Shown piece by piece: positions 1 to 9,338 of a stretch of DNA of 64,000 bases (position 1 is its first letter; every line of letters starts with the position of its first letter). The position numbers were made by a program, and so were the translations under genes. Below the pieces are notes generated by a model that saw nothing but the letters and a program-made list of their open reading frames with translations, did not search any database and was not told the DNA's origin. Where the stretch lies: contig PIVM01000001.1 of NCBI GenBank assembly GCA_003353945.1, forward strand, positions 31,811 to 95,810, given 5' to 3'. The DNA is from Gammaproteobacteria bacterium (GTDB taxonomy: Bacteria; Pseudomonadota; Gammaproteobacteria; Pseudomonadales; PIVM01).

Positions 1-1
1 C

Positions 2-1237
2 ACCAATAATAGCGTATTTATTTTCAATACCGCCCAGCTCCTGATAAGAACAGCGGGTTGTGGCGATTCCGTTTTCTGTGGCTTTCGCCAGTATACTTTC
101 ACTGGCAGCACGCTCTTCGGTCCCAAAACCCAAATCAAGCAAAATGGCTGTCGTGGGCTGTTCTTTCGAGGGCTGCTGCAACAGGCTTAATACCAGTTGT
201 TGCTCAAACTCCGGTGATAGTTTTTTTCGCGGGTTGCCACCAACGCCAAGATTAATCGTAATAATGTGCTCATAACCTCGTCGCCGCATGGCAACGATCG
301 CTTCACTCGCATATTCCAACTTGGAGTGTTCAGGCCACACCTGTGGGTAACAGAATTGGCCGGGGCCGAGCACCGTATCCAACCAGAGATTGGCAAGCTC
401 GGCAATTGATATTTTCTTCGGGTAGGAATCTTTACCTCGACTATTAAAGAAAAAATAATAATCACTGTCAATCAACGGCAACACACCCAATTGACTGAGT
501 CGCGAATCAGGATCGAACAACAACACCTCTCCCTCCTGATAACCCGACATTTCCTCTTCCACCAAATTGAGCAAGCTCAGCCAGGCGTTAAAGCGTTCAA
601 TCAAACTGCCACGGCGCACATAACTGAGTGGTTGAATGCGCACATTTTGCTGACCCGCATAGACTTCACGTAATTTCTCCGACCCGATCAAGACAATGTC
701 TGCGTGCACAAAGCGTTGCTTTAAACGTTGGCAAAAGACGCTGGAAATAGCCACATCCGCACCAATGGTCACTCGCGATAGGAGCAGTATTTTTTTCGGT
801 TCAACCGTCAGTTGACGGCGGCGATCACTGTTAGCCCGAATCGATTCAATGCGATCATAGAGCTGCCGTCGACTGTACAAACCTTGTTGCTGCAGACGCT
901 GATCCAGTTCAGCGCACTGGGGTAATTTACGTAAAAAAGCCACCACCTGTGCAATCAGGCGGTTATAGGTTTCCGTTTGCAACTCCTCAAAATCATCACA
1001 CAATTGCTCGATTACCCTGCCAAACAATGCACCGGCACCAATATTGTTAAGTTGATCATCGTCGAAATAGGTGGCCATATCACAGAGCAGATCAATATAG
1101 TCACCATCAAAATGATCACTGTATAGGTAACGGTCCAGAAATGATAAAGCCGTGCGACGCGCCAAATGCACGAGTGGATCTATTTGAGGTGCATCGCGTA
1201 GCTCAAGCCACTGTTTGCGATAGTGAGCCGGTCTCAT
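2..1237 (-). CDS. GT9 (heptosyltransferase-like) glycosyltransferase with ~145-aa N-terminal extension; truncated at left edge
   Basis: Not in the ORF track. Translated by hand from ATG at 1237 (AAGGAA upstream); open to the window edge. MRPAHYRKQW...KKILLLSRVTIGADVAISSVFCQRLKQRF...ITINLGVGGNPRKKLSPEF resemble GT9 N- and C-lobe motifs. Start overlaps the end of the upstream GT9. Confidence 0.7.
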   Translation of the reverse strand, partial: MRPAHYRKQWLELRDAPQIDPLVHLARRTALSFLDRYLYSDHFDGDYIDLLCDMATYFDDDQLNNIGAGALFGRVIEQLCDDFEELQTETYNRLIAQVVAFLRKLPQCAELDQRLQQQGLYSRRQLYDRIESIRANSDRRRQLTVEPKKILLLSRVTIGADVAISSVFCQRLKQRFVHADIVLIGSEKLREVYAGQQNVRIQPLSYVRRGSLIERFNAWLSLLNLVEEEMSGYQEGEVLLFDPDSRLSQLGVLPLIDSDYYFFFNSRGKDSYPKKISIAELANLWLDTVLGPGQFCYPQVWPEHSKLEYASEAIVAMRRRGYEHIITINLGVGGNPRKKLSPEFEQQLVLSLLQQPSKEQPTTAILLDLGFGTEERAASESILAKATENGIATTRCSYQELGGIENKYAIIG

Positions 1238-2288
1238 GGGCGGTTGTGTTCCTTAGCAAAGCGTTAAGTTCATCAAAAACCTGTTGAGGTTTTATCTCCG
1301 TCATACATTGGTGATCGGTCGGGCAGATTTTCTTATGGCAGGGCGAACAGGGAATATCCAGCCTGATCACCGATGTTCCCTCCAGGTTTATCGCCGTATA
1401 CAGGGGGTTGGTCGGCCCCATCAGGACAACAGTCGGCACACCCAATGCAACGGCATAATGACGTGGACCCGTGTCGTTGGTCACCAACGCATTGCAGCGC
1501 TTGATTAAGGGTTTCAGTTCAGCCAGATCAATACGATCCGGTCCGGTGTTAATCAGTTTCACCTGACTTTCTGACACAATCGCCTCGGCAATTTGCTCTT
1601 CACCGGGACCCACAAACAACATCACTTTAGCACCCATCTCATTTTGCAACATCTCTGCCAATCGCGCAAAATGCGTTGCCGGCCAGCATTTGGATGCACC
1701 AAAACTGGCGCCTGGATTGAGACCAATCAGACGGTCCTGCGGGCTGATGCCGTAGCTGGCAAGCCGCTTGCACCCCGCATCATCCAAAGCCTGATCGGTG
1801 TAAAGTCGACACTCCGGTTTATTCGGCAGATGCAACTGCAGATGACGGCATAATTCGAGATAATAATCCTGCATCGGTATTGGCCGGTATTGCTTCCCGT
1901 CCCGTTGCGGCTCCGGACCACCACTTAAAAAATATTTTCTAAGATTACGACGGTAGCCATACACCTGACTGACACCGGCCAGCTTTGCGGTAACAAACGA
2001 GTGAGTTGAATTCGGCAATAACAACGCCATATCCGGCTTTAACGCTCGCACCTGTGAAACCACGCGTCGCAGACCGGCAAATGATTTGTCGTCACAATCG
2101 ATGATCTGATCAAACCAGGGACCGTGTTCAACAATGCCTCGCGCATAGGGTCGCACACAGGCCACAATGGTTGCCTGAGGAAAATTCAGGCGTAAAGCGT
2201 CGTAGACCGGAGAGGCCATGACAATATCGCCTACCCAATTGGGTAAGCGCACCATAATGGTCTGCACTGATTCAAGTGCGGGAATCAT
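1203..2288 (-). CDS. waaF: ADP-heptose:LPS heptosyltransferase II-like (GT9)
   Basis: VRLPNWVGDIVM, LNPGASFGASKCWP, TNDTGPRHYAVALG, C-terminal CSPCHKKICP motif. Confidence 0.8.
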   Translation of the reverse strand: MIPALESVQTIMVRLPNWVGDIVMASPVYDALRLNFPQATIVACVRPYARGIVEHGPWFDQIIDCDDKSFAGLRRVVSQVRALKPDMALLLPNSTHSFVTAKLAGVSQVYGYRRNLRKYFLSGGPEPQRDGKQYRPIPMQDYYLELCRHLQLHLPNKPECRLYTDQALDDAGCKRLASYGISPQDRLIGLNPGASFGASKCWPATHFARLAEMLQNEMGAKVMLFVGPGEEQIAEAIVSESQVKLINTGPDRIDLAELKPLIKRCNALVTNDTGPRHYAVALGVPTVVLMGPTNPLYTAINLEGTSVIRLDIPCSPCHKKICPTDHQCMTEIKPQQVFDELNALLRNTTAHETGSLSQTVA

Positions 2289-2358
2289 TTTTTAACATCC
2301 AATTTTTCAAAATCGTCTTTTTAGGTAGCTGAAAATATGTACTTGAAAACACTATGGT

Positions 2359-3930
2359 TCAACCTTCATCAAGTGAATACTTGACTTCTTTTTCCATTTC
2401 TCCCAGGGCAATTTTCTCCCGCTCCCATTGGATATAGTCGGATCGTACGCCCATCACATTGGAATAGCGAATTGTATAATGCACACTATTCTTTTCCATC
2501 AATGCTTCTGACAGCTGTCGATCATACGCGACCAGATTCTCTTTTTCCGTCAACCAGGTTTCCCTGTCCATGGCTTCAACCTTGCGCACCAGTTTTTCAT
2601 ATATGGGCTGGCACTCCCAGTCGGTCATTGCGTTCACATACCAGTTACATAGCTTACCGATTTTATCCAGAAACAAATCGTGATCTTCACCAAAGTTCAA
2701 ACAGGAACCATCAAAATAATTACCCATCCCGGCCATCTTGCTTTCATCGATATAGGGCTTGGAAATTTCATATCCGGCAGTACCCGGAAATGGGAAAAAC
2801 AAGGCCCAGCGAAAACGTCCCATTTTGACTTTGGCACAAAGTTCCAGCGTTTCCATTAGTTCCGCTCGGGTTTCACCCGGCAAGCCAATCATAATAAAGG
2901 CAGAGGAATGCAAATTGTGCTGGTGTGCTGCAGTGAAAGAGTTTTCAATTTGCGTATTCGTCATTGTGCGGTGCAAGACCTCGCGACGTACACGGGCGCA
3001 ACCTGACTCCAAGCCAAATTTCACAATAATGCAGCCGGCTTCTGCCAACGCCGCTGCCGATTTTTCATCGAAACAATTGACATGACCGTTTACCACAAAG
3101 GGTAGACCAATACCGTGTTCGATATACGCCTTGCAAAATGCCTGCACATACCGCTTATTCAGCGTAAAAAGATCGTCATCAAATATAAAGGTATTGATTT
3201 CAGGATTTTCTCGCTTGAGTTTTTTCAAGTCATCCATGACTACATCTATAGGAAAATGACGCAGAAAATCTTTGGCACTTTTCGCCGCGCCATCATTGAT
3301 ATATTGATCAACAATTTCGATATTAAAACAATAGGTGCATTTATAGGGGCAACCTCGTGACGTTAAAATCCCCATCCAGCCGCGTGTTTGCGACATAATG
3401 GCTTTCATATCAAACACACTGTAGTCCAGGCGCGCCAAGGTGTTTAGATCAGGAAAAGGCGCCACTTTATTGATAATGGGTTCATCGTCCCGCCACAGTC
3501 GTAAATTGGGTATCTGCTCCGTGGGCTGATTATTTTCGAGTGCATTCATCAACTCCAACAGCGCATATTCGCCTTCACCAATACAAACATAATCAAACAA
3601 TCGGCTCTGATGCACCTCATCAGGCACCATCGTGCAATGAACACCGCCGATGATTTGTGGCAATTCGGGAAAGGCACGACGGACCTCTTTGCTCTGCTCT
3701 TCTATCCAGGGCATTTGCTGGGTCATCGCAGACCACCCCAACAGTCCAGGTTGTTTTTCCTCAATTATGCAATTGATTTCATCGCTGCTGGGAATCTCCT
3801 TATGCTTATCTGAAACGTGCAGCAACTCCAGTTCATGGCCATTGGCATGAAGAACCCCGGCAAGGGAAGCAACCCCGTGATTGGTACCCAATACAGAGTC
3901 AATCTGAGGGTAAATCAATAATATCTTCAT
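2359..3930 (-). CDS. Cobalamin-binding radical SAM enzyme (class B type)
   Basis: N-terminal B12-binding domain (IIGGVH, DYVCIGEGE), SRGCPYKCTYC CxxxCxxC, FDDDLF, FGLESG, IGLPGET, PFPGT. Confidence 0.9.
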   Translation of the reverse strand: MKILLIYPQIDSVLGTNHGVASLAGVLHANGHELELLHVSDKHKEIPSSDEINCIIEEKQPGLLGWSAMTQQMPWIEEQSKEVRRAFPELPQIIGGVHCTMVPDEVHQSRLFDYVCIGEGEYALLELMNALENNQPTEQIPNLRLWRDDEPIINKVAPFPDLNTLARLDYSVFDMKAIMSQTRGWMGILTSRGCPYKCTYCFNIEIVDQYINDGAAKSAKDFLRHFPIDVVMDDLKKLKRENPEINTFIFDDDLFTLNKRYVQAFCKAYIEHGIGLPFVVNGHVNCFDEKSAAALAEAGCIIVKFGLESGCARVRREVLHRTMTNTQIENSFTAAHQHNLHSSAFIMIGLPGETRAELMETLELCAKVKMGRFRWALFFPFPGTAGYEISKPYIDESKMAGMGNYFDGSCLNFGEDHDLFLDKIGKLCNWYVNAMTDWECQPIYEKLVRKVEAMDRETWLTEKENLVAYDRQLSEALMEKNSVHYTIRYSNVMGVRSDYIQWEREKIALGEMEKEVKYSLDEG

Positions 3931-3986
3931 AACATGAACTCATTGGTTTTTCGGGACGTTACTTTTCGGGATTTTAATGATGAATA

Positions 3987-5414
3987 CTAACTAGGAGCCT
4001 GGATCTTATCGACAATTGCTGTGGTTGAGCAGTTATCCCACAAATCTAATACTTCTACTCTTCCGCCATAGGCTTCTACAAGCTGCCAGCCGACCACTCC
4101 CTGCTTATCGTAATCGCCGCCCTTGACCAGAACATCGGGTTGCAAGGCTTTCAATAATTCTTCCGGCGTATCATCATTAAAAGCCAATACCCAATCAACG
4201 GCCTCCAAACCTGCCAATACAGTCATTCGCCGATCTACGGGATTGATGGGTCGCCCCTCACCCTTTAGGCGTTTCACTGATTCATCATCATTGACGGCAA
4301 CAATCAAACGATCACCCTGACTACGCGCCTGCTCCAGGTACCCGACATGACCGGCATGTATAATGTCAAAACAGCCGTTGGTCATCACGATCTTCTCTCC
4401 CTGAGATTTCGCTTCTTGCACAACAATCAGTAGTTGCTCAAGGCTGACAACGCCGCGCTCAAAACCCTGCTCTTTTTGTACAGCCCAGCGTAATTCCGGT
4501 GCACTGATTGCAGCCGTACCCAATTTCGCTACGGCTAATCCTGCGGCAATATTCGCCTGAGCCACCGCCTCCGGCAGCGCCACTCCAGCTGCCAGCGCTG
4601 TGGCCAACACAGCGATGACCGTATCCCCTGCGCCGGTCACATCAAATACTTCACGCGCTCTTGCAGGCAAATGCAATTCAGGCCCGTCAGGGCGAATCAA
4701 GGTCATACCCAGCTCGCCACGCGTCACCAACAAGGCCTCTAGGTTCAATTGTTGAATCAATTGCAAACCTTTTTTAAGTAGCTGTTGCTCCGATTTACAA
4801 TGACCCATCACAGCTTCAAATTCTGCGATATTTGGCGTCAATAGCGTCGCGCCTCGATAGCGGGTGAATTCATTACCCTTGGGGTCAACCAGTACTGGCA
4901 CACCCAACTCTATCGCCATTTGAATCAAGGGCTGCGGATCGCTCAAAACGCCCTTGTTATAATCTGACAACACCAGAGCAGCAACTTGAGGCAAATACTG
5001 ACGAGTTTTCTCCTGCAAAGGCTGCACGTCCTCAGCAGCGAAAGCTTCCTCAAAATCCATTCGCAACAACTGCTGATGACGACTGATTACCCTTAACTTG
5101 GTAATGGTCGGATGTTGCTGTGACTGATGAAAATCACAATGGATGCTGGCCGCCTGCAAGCGCGCCAGCAAAGCTTGTGCCGCTTCATCATTACCGATTG
5201 TGCCTAGCAATGAGACGCCAGCCCCCAGAGCAGCCACATTCAACGCCACGTTTGCTGCACCGCCTGGTCGATCTTCGGTGTGATCCACTTTGACCACTGG
5301 CACCGGTGCTTCGGGGGAGACTCGCCCTGTAACGCCGTGCCAATAACGATCCAGCATCACATCGCCCACCACCAGCAGTTGGGCATTATCAAAACGTGGC
5401 ACGGTCAGCTTCAT
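3987..5414 (-). CDS. hldE: Bifunctional heptose-7-phosphate kinase / heptose-1-phosphate adenylyltransferase
   Basis: VGDVMLDRYW, DVTGAGDTV, TNGCFDIIHAGH, LVKGGDY; start set at MKLTVP (5414) after GGAG. Confidence 0.96.
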   Translation of the reverse strand: MKLTVPRFDNAQLLVVGDVMLDRYWHGVTGRVSPEAPVPVVKVDHTEDRPGGAANVALNVAALGAGVSLLGTIGNDEAAQALLARLQAASIHCDFHQSQQHPTITKLRVISRHQQLLRMDFEEAFAAEDVQPLQEKTRQYLPQVAALVLSDYNKGVLSDPQPLIQMAIELGVPVLVDPKGNEFTRYRGATLLTPNIAEFEAVMGHCKSEQQLLKKGLQLIQQLNLEALLVTRGELGMTLIRPDGPELHLPARAREVFDVTGAGDTVIAVLATALAAGVALPEAVAQANIAAGLAVAKLGTAAISAPELRWAVQKEQGFERGVVSLEQLLIVVQEAKSQGEKIVMTNGCFDIIHAGHVGYLEQARSQGDRLIVAVNDDESVKRLKGEGRPINPVDRRMTVLAGLEAVDWVLAFNDDTPEELLKALQPDVLVKGGDYDKQGVVGWQLVEAYGGRVEVLDLWDNCSTTAIVDKIQAPS

Positions 5415-5480
5415 AAAAGTAATATTCTCCAAATCGGACAACAGAAAAACTGTCAAAATCATAACGGCAAATCCGTCAGT

Positions 5481-5509
5481 TTGCCAGCTGCACGCAATTC
5501 CGTTAAGGT
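5481..5509 (+). promoter_or_regulatory. Candidate sigma70 promoter for the MeT1-like methyltransferase
   Basis: TTGCCA-N17-TAAGGT followed by GC-rich GCGCGC, ~50 nt before the ATG at 5561. Confidence 0.45.
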
Positions 5510-5560
5510 GCGCGCTTTTGCTCCTAACTACTCTTTTAGCACTTATCTGTAGGATGGCTT

Positions 5561-6178
5561 ATGTCTCTTGAACTTCCCATCGATATTGATTCCGTTAAAG
5601 GTTTTCTGGCCGAGGATGAAGCCGACGCCTTGTATAAGGCAACAAAACAATCCTCTCTGCTTGGACCCTGCCTGGAAATTGGAAGTTATTGTGGTAAATC
5701 AACTATTTATATGGGTCTGGCCTGCAAGGAAAATAATGGCGTCCTGTTTGCCCTGGATCATCATCGTGGATCAGAGGAACATCAAAAAGGAGAAATGTTC
5801 CATGATCCGGAGCTATTTGACAGCAATGAAGCCTTAATGGACAGTTTTAAGGAATTTCGACGTAATATACGCGCCGTCAATCTGGAGGGCACGGTCGCCC
5901 CCCTGGTATGCAGTTCAGACGTTGCTGCCCGACAGTGGTCTACACCCCTCGGCATGGTCTTTATCGATGGTGGACATAGTCTGGATGCGGCTCTCAATGA
6001 CTACCGCTGCTGGGCCAGCCATATTGTGCCCGGCGGCATTCTGGCCATTCATGATATCTTTCCAAACGCTGAAGACGGCGGACAGGCACCTCACGAAATC
6101 TATAAACTGGCAAAAGCCTCAGGACTCTTTGAGCAGTTGTCGCTCGTTAATACTCTCGGACTGATGCGACGAATCTAG
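5561..6178 (+). CDS. Methyltransf_24-type SAM O-methyltransferase, MeT1-like (MMP 1-O-methyltransferase homologue)
   Basis: LEIGSYCGKST, DHHRGSEEHQ, FIDGGH, AIHDIFP..DGGQAP motifs recalled from mycobacterial MeT1. Confidence 0.8.
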   Translation: MSLELPIDIDSVKGFLAEDEADALYKATKQSSLLGPCLEIGSYCGKSTIYMGLACKENNGVLFALDHHRGSEEHQKGEMFHDPELFDSNEALMDSFKEFRRNIRAVNLEGTVAPLVCSSDVAARQWSTPLGMVFIDGGHSLDAALNDYRCWASHIVPGGILAIHDIFPNAEDGGQAPHEIYKLAKASGLFEQLSLVNTLGLMRRI

Positions 6179-7207
6179 CAAACAAACTTGCGTGAACAAG
6201 CGCGAGGCCGCTGTATATTCTGTCAATGCATCGGCCGCCAATAGAATGGCCCCTGCCGTCCAGGTCGGTTTTTCATCAGGCCACAGCAGGTCTTCCACTA
6301 ATTGATAACCCGTCCAGTAAGCACCGTCTTTGGCGCGCCACTGATGTAACCAACTGTAGACGGTAACAGCACGCGCGTGATCACCTGCCGCCAGTAGCGC
6401 CATGGTCAACTCGCAGGATTCCGCCACTGTCACCCAAGGCTCATCCGAGACACAACGACAACCCATCTCTGCGATAACAAAATCATCCCAACGCTTTTGC
6501 AGATGAGATTTCGCCTGGGCCTTTGGAATCACACCGGTCAACACCGGATAGAACCAGTCCATCGAATAACGTGCCTTGCTCTCCCACGTGCGATCAAACC
6601 GGTCGCGATGATGGCGTAAAGTATTCCCAAGACGTTGCCGGGCATGCAGCCAGTCTCGACGCTCACAGTCGAGCGTCACGGAAATATTGTAGGCGCATTC
6701 AAGACTTTTATAGATAGAGCTGCAACCGGTGATGAGTGCGTCTTCCCTAGCCTTGCCGTCAGCATTAACCGCCCAGTGAATTTCGCCGTGTTGGGTTTGA
6801 AGATTGAGAACAAAGCCGATGGCTTTCTCCACCATCGGATACATGGTTTTTAAAAACTGTCGGTTTTCAGTAATCAGGTAATGATGCCAGATACCCGTCG
6901 CGACATAGGCAACAAAATTCGTTTCCCTGCGTTCGCGATTGTCTATTGCATTGTCACGATAAGCTGCCCACCAACTGCCATCGGTTAGCTGAACATCCAT
7001 CAACCATTGATAGGCTTTTTCAGCAGCATCATATTCACCACCGATACTCAGACCCATCGCTGCTTCCACATGATCCCATGGGTCTGCATAGCCACCTTCA
7101 AACCAGGGAATAGCACCATCTTTCTGCTGTGTGTTAAGCAAATATTGTACGGTAGGTCTTAGAAACTCATGAGGAAACATTCCTCGCGATAAAAACAATC
7201 CACTCAT
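6119..7207 (-). CDS. (alpha/alpha)6-barrel protein often annotated 'prenyltransferase'; MmpH-like MMP hydrolase homologue
   Basis: Repeats QQKDGAIPW, QLTDGSW, RAKDGAYW; DPWDHVEAAMGL, RYSMDWFYPVL, EPWVTVAESCE. Start at 7207 forms an ATGA overlap with the upstream stop. Confidence 0.72.
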   Translation of the reverse strand: MSGLFLSRGMFPHEFLRPTVQYLLNTQQKDGAIPWFEGGYADPWDHVEAAMGLSIGGEYDAAEKAYQWLMDVQLTDGSWWAAYRDNAIDNRERRETNFVAYVATGIWHHYLITENRQFLKTMYPMVEKAIGFVLNLQTQHGEIHWAVNADGKAREDALITGCSSIYKSLECAYNISVTLDCERRDWLHARQRLGNTLRHHRDRFDRTWESKARYSMDWFYPVLTGVIPKAQAKSHLQKRWDDFVIAEMGCRCVSDEPWVTVAESCELTMALLAAGDHARAVTVYSWLHQWRAKDGAYWTGYQLVEDLLWPDEKPTWTAGAILLAADALTEYTAASRLFTQVCLLDSSHQSESINERQLLKES

Positions 7208-7920
7208 GATGCCAGCCCTTTGCGAAAATACATCACAACACTTTTCCCTAATAGCGGATTCAAAAGTGCTTCCATTTTTCGTGTCAACCAGGGACGGTCC
7301 AACAAATCCCAAACCAGCAGGCGATGATATGCCTTGATGAGCAGGGACTGTTCCTGTTTTTCCCACATCAGGCATTTCAACCACCAAAAAGGCGCGTGTA
7401 GAGCATGCGCCCAGTGTCGATGATAGTGATCAAAGCCCTGTGACTCTATTTGTTGACGCAGTTGACGCGCCTTGAAAATCCTTAGATGCCCACCTTCATT
7501 GGCATGATAGTCATCACTAAATAACCAACAGAGTTTCTCAGGCCAAAAGCGTGGTACGCTGGCACAAAATATGCCGCCTGGTTTTAATATTCTTTCAATT
7601 TCTTTTAATGCCCCGAGATAATCTGGAATGTGTTCCAGCACTTCGGAACAAATCACTTTATCAAAACTACTGTCGGCAAACGGTAGTTCCAACGCATTGG
7701 CCACCGATATCACAAAGGTTTTATTGCCATTATTCGGTTCTGCAAACGGCTCAAAACGCTCTCTTGTTGTTTTTAGATCATCAAAACAAAGATCAACACC
7801 TACCGCTTCGACATCTGCTGTCATGTAGGTAGAAATAACATGACGTCCTTCCCCACAACCAAGATCCAACACGCGGTCGCCGGTTTTCAAGCCAAATAAT
7901 TTATAGTCGACTGTCTGCAT
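7204..7920 (-). CDS. Class I SAM methyltransferase; putative 3-O-methyltransferase of the MMP-like cluster
   Basis: VLDLGCGEGRH, SEVLEHIPD, YHANEGGHLRIF, HALHAPFWWLKC, LNPLLGKSVVMYFRK. Confidence 0.8.
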   Translation of the reverse strand: MQTVDYKLFGLKTGDRVLDLGCGEGRHVISTYMTADVEAVGVDLCFDDLKTTRERFEPFAEPNNGNKTFVISVANALELPFADSSFDKVICSEVLEHIPDYLGALKEIERILKPGGIFCASVPRFWPEKLCWLFSDDYHANEGGHLRIFKARQLRQQIESQGFDHYHRHWAHALHAPFWWLKCLMWEKQEQSLLIKAYHRLLVWDLLDRPWLTRKMEALLNPLLGKSVVMYFRKGLAS

Positions 7921-9277
7921 ATTTATCTAACACCGTATGGTAATAGCCAGTCATTTCTTGCGCAGCTACATTCCAGCAAAATTTTTCCAGAATACGCTGC
8001 CGACCAGCTCTGCCCAGAGTTTCTCTTTTAGCAGGGTCTGTCAGTAATACATCAATTGCATTGGCAATCGCATCTGCATCTGCCGGCGGTACAAGAATAC
8101 CGGCGTCACCCACAACTTCACTTAAGGCCCCTCCGGTAGTGGAAATCACCGGCACTTCACAGGCCATCGCCTCCCCTGCAGGCAAACCAAAACCCTCATA
8201 AATGGATGGCACCACTGCAATCGCAGATTCTGCGTAATAACGCACCAATTCTTCTGTCGTAATACCCTTGACGAAACGTACCTTCTTATCAATCGCCAGA
8301 GATCGCAATAATTGTTCCGTTTCACCGCGTTCTTTGGGTTTGCCCACTACCAGTAGTTCCAAGTCTGTATAGCGGCGTAATAATTGTGCATAGGCAAGCA
8401 ACAAATACCGCAAGCCCTTAAGGGGCTCGTCAGCCGAAGCCGTCGCCATAATACGCAACGGATTTCTCTTCACGCCCGGTATTGGCGCAAATTCCTCGGT
8501 ATTAATCCCGTTATACACTAAGTTGATATCGACATTGCCGATACCGAATGATGTGGCAATATCCTGCCGAGAGCGTTCCGAGACCGTCACAATATGATCT
8601 AGTTTTTTGACCACCTGTTTTTGCATGGTAAGAAAGCTATGCCAACGGCGTATCAATAGTTTGTCACGCCATCTATCGGCTGCGTTCAGTGCAATCTTAA
8701 GGTCATTGGTAATCGGATGATGCACCGTTGTCACCAGTGGCCAGCGCTGCTGGATTTTGAGCATACCATAGCTCAAACACTGGTTATCATGGATCAAATC
8801 ATACTTGTGGCCATGCATATTTAAGTACTTGGAAACACGACGGCCAAAACAATAAGGCTCGCTAAAACCACCTGTCAACTTGCTGGTCCACTCAATAATA
8901 TTGGTCAATGATTTCAGGTGATGAGGGCGTATTGATGTCAGGCCGGTTTCAAACAAATTCATACCGGGCATCTTGATCAACTTCACTCGTTCATCAAGAT
9001 GCGGGTAAGGTTGCCCTGATATAACATCCACGCTATGGCCCGCATCAACCAGGGCCTTACTAAGATACTTGATATAAATGCCCTGACCCCCGCCAAAAGG
9101 GTGGCTGCGATAACCCAGCAGGCATATTTTCAAACGATCACGAGTTTGGCTTTGACTGTTTACCGCTCCACTGGATGAAGGCACTGCTGAGGAATGATCC
9201 AACGCTTGGCGCGCCAATGGCGCAATACCGGGTAATTCACTTATTGTTGATTGAGCAATTGATTCTTTTATTTGCAT
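7901..9277 (-). CDS. GT4 glycosyltransferase, ManT-like (alpha-1,4-mannosyltransferase homologue)
   Basis: LLGYRSHPFGGGQGIY, SGQPYP, HDNQCL, TVHHPIT, ASADEPLKG, PSIYEGFGLPAGEAMAC (EX7E); start uncertain (low-complexity N-terminus). Confidence 0.82.
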   Translation of the reverse strand: MQIKESIAQSTISELPGIAPLARQALDHSSAVPSSSGAVNSQSQTRDRLKICLLGYRSHPFGGGQGIYIKYLSKALVDAGHSVDVISGQPYPHLDERVKLIKMPGMNLFETGLTSIRPHHLKSLTNIIEWTSKLTGGFSEPYCFGRRVSKYLNMHGHKYDLIHDNQCLSYGMLKIQQRWPLVTTVHHPITNDLKIALNAADRWRDKLLIRRWHSFLTMQKQVVKKLDHIVTVSERSRQDIATSFGIGNVDINLVYNGINTEEFAPIPGVKRNPLRIMATASADEPLKGLRYLLLAYAQLLRRYTDLELLVVGKPKERGETEQLLRSLAIDKKVRFVKGITTEELVRYYAESAIAVVPSIYEGFGLPAGEAMACEVPVISTTGGALSEVVGDAGILVPPADADAIANAIDVLLTDPAKRETLGRAGRQRILEKFCWNVAAQEMTGYYHTVLDKYADSRL

Positions 9278-9338
9278 ACCTGATCAGCAACTGCTCAATG
9301 GCAGCCCATTTTGTTTTTTTGTTACAATACCCTGATTT

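Noticed and set aside
6119-7207. Terpene cyclase/prenyltransferase suggested by QxxDGxW repeats
   Set aside because: Single barrel, no DxDD motif, no isoprenoid genes nearby; context favours a glycoside hydrolase
9135-9277. N-terminal extension of the ManT-like GT4 as a new domain
   Set aside because: Short, Ser-rich and low complexity; start codon uncertain
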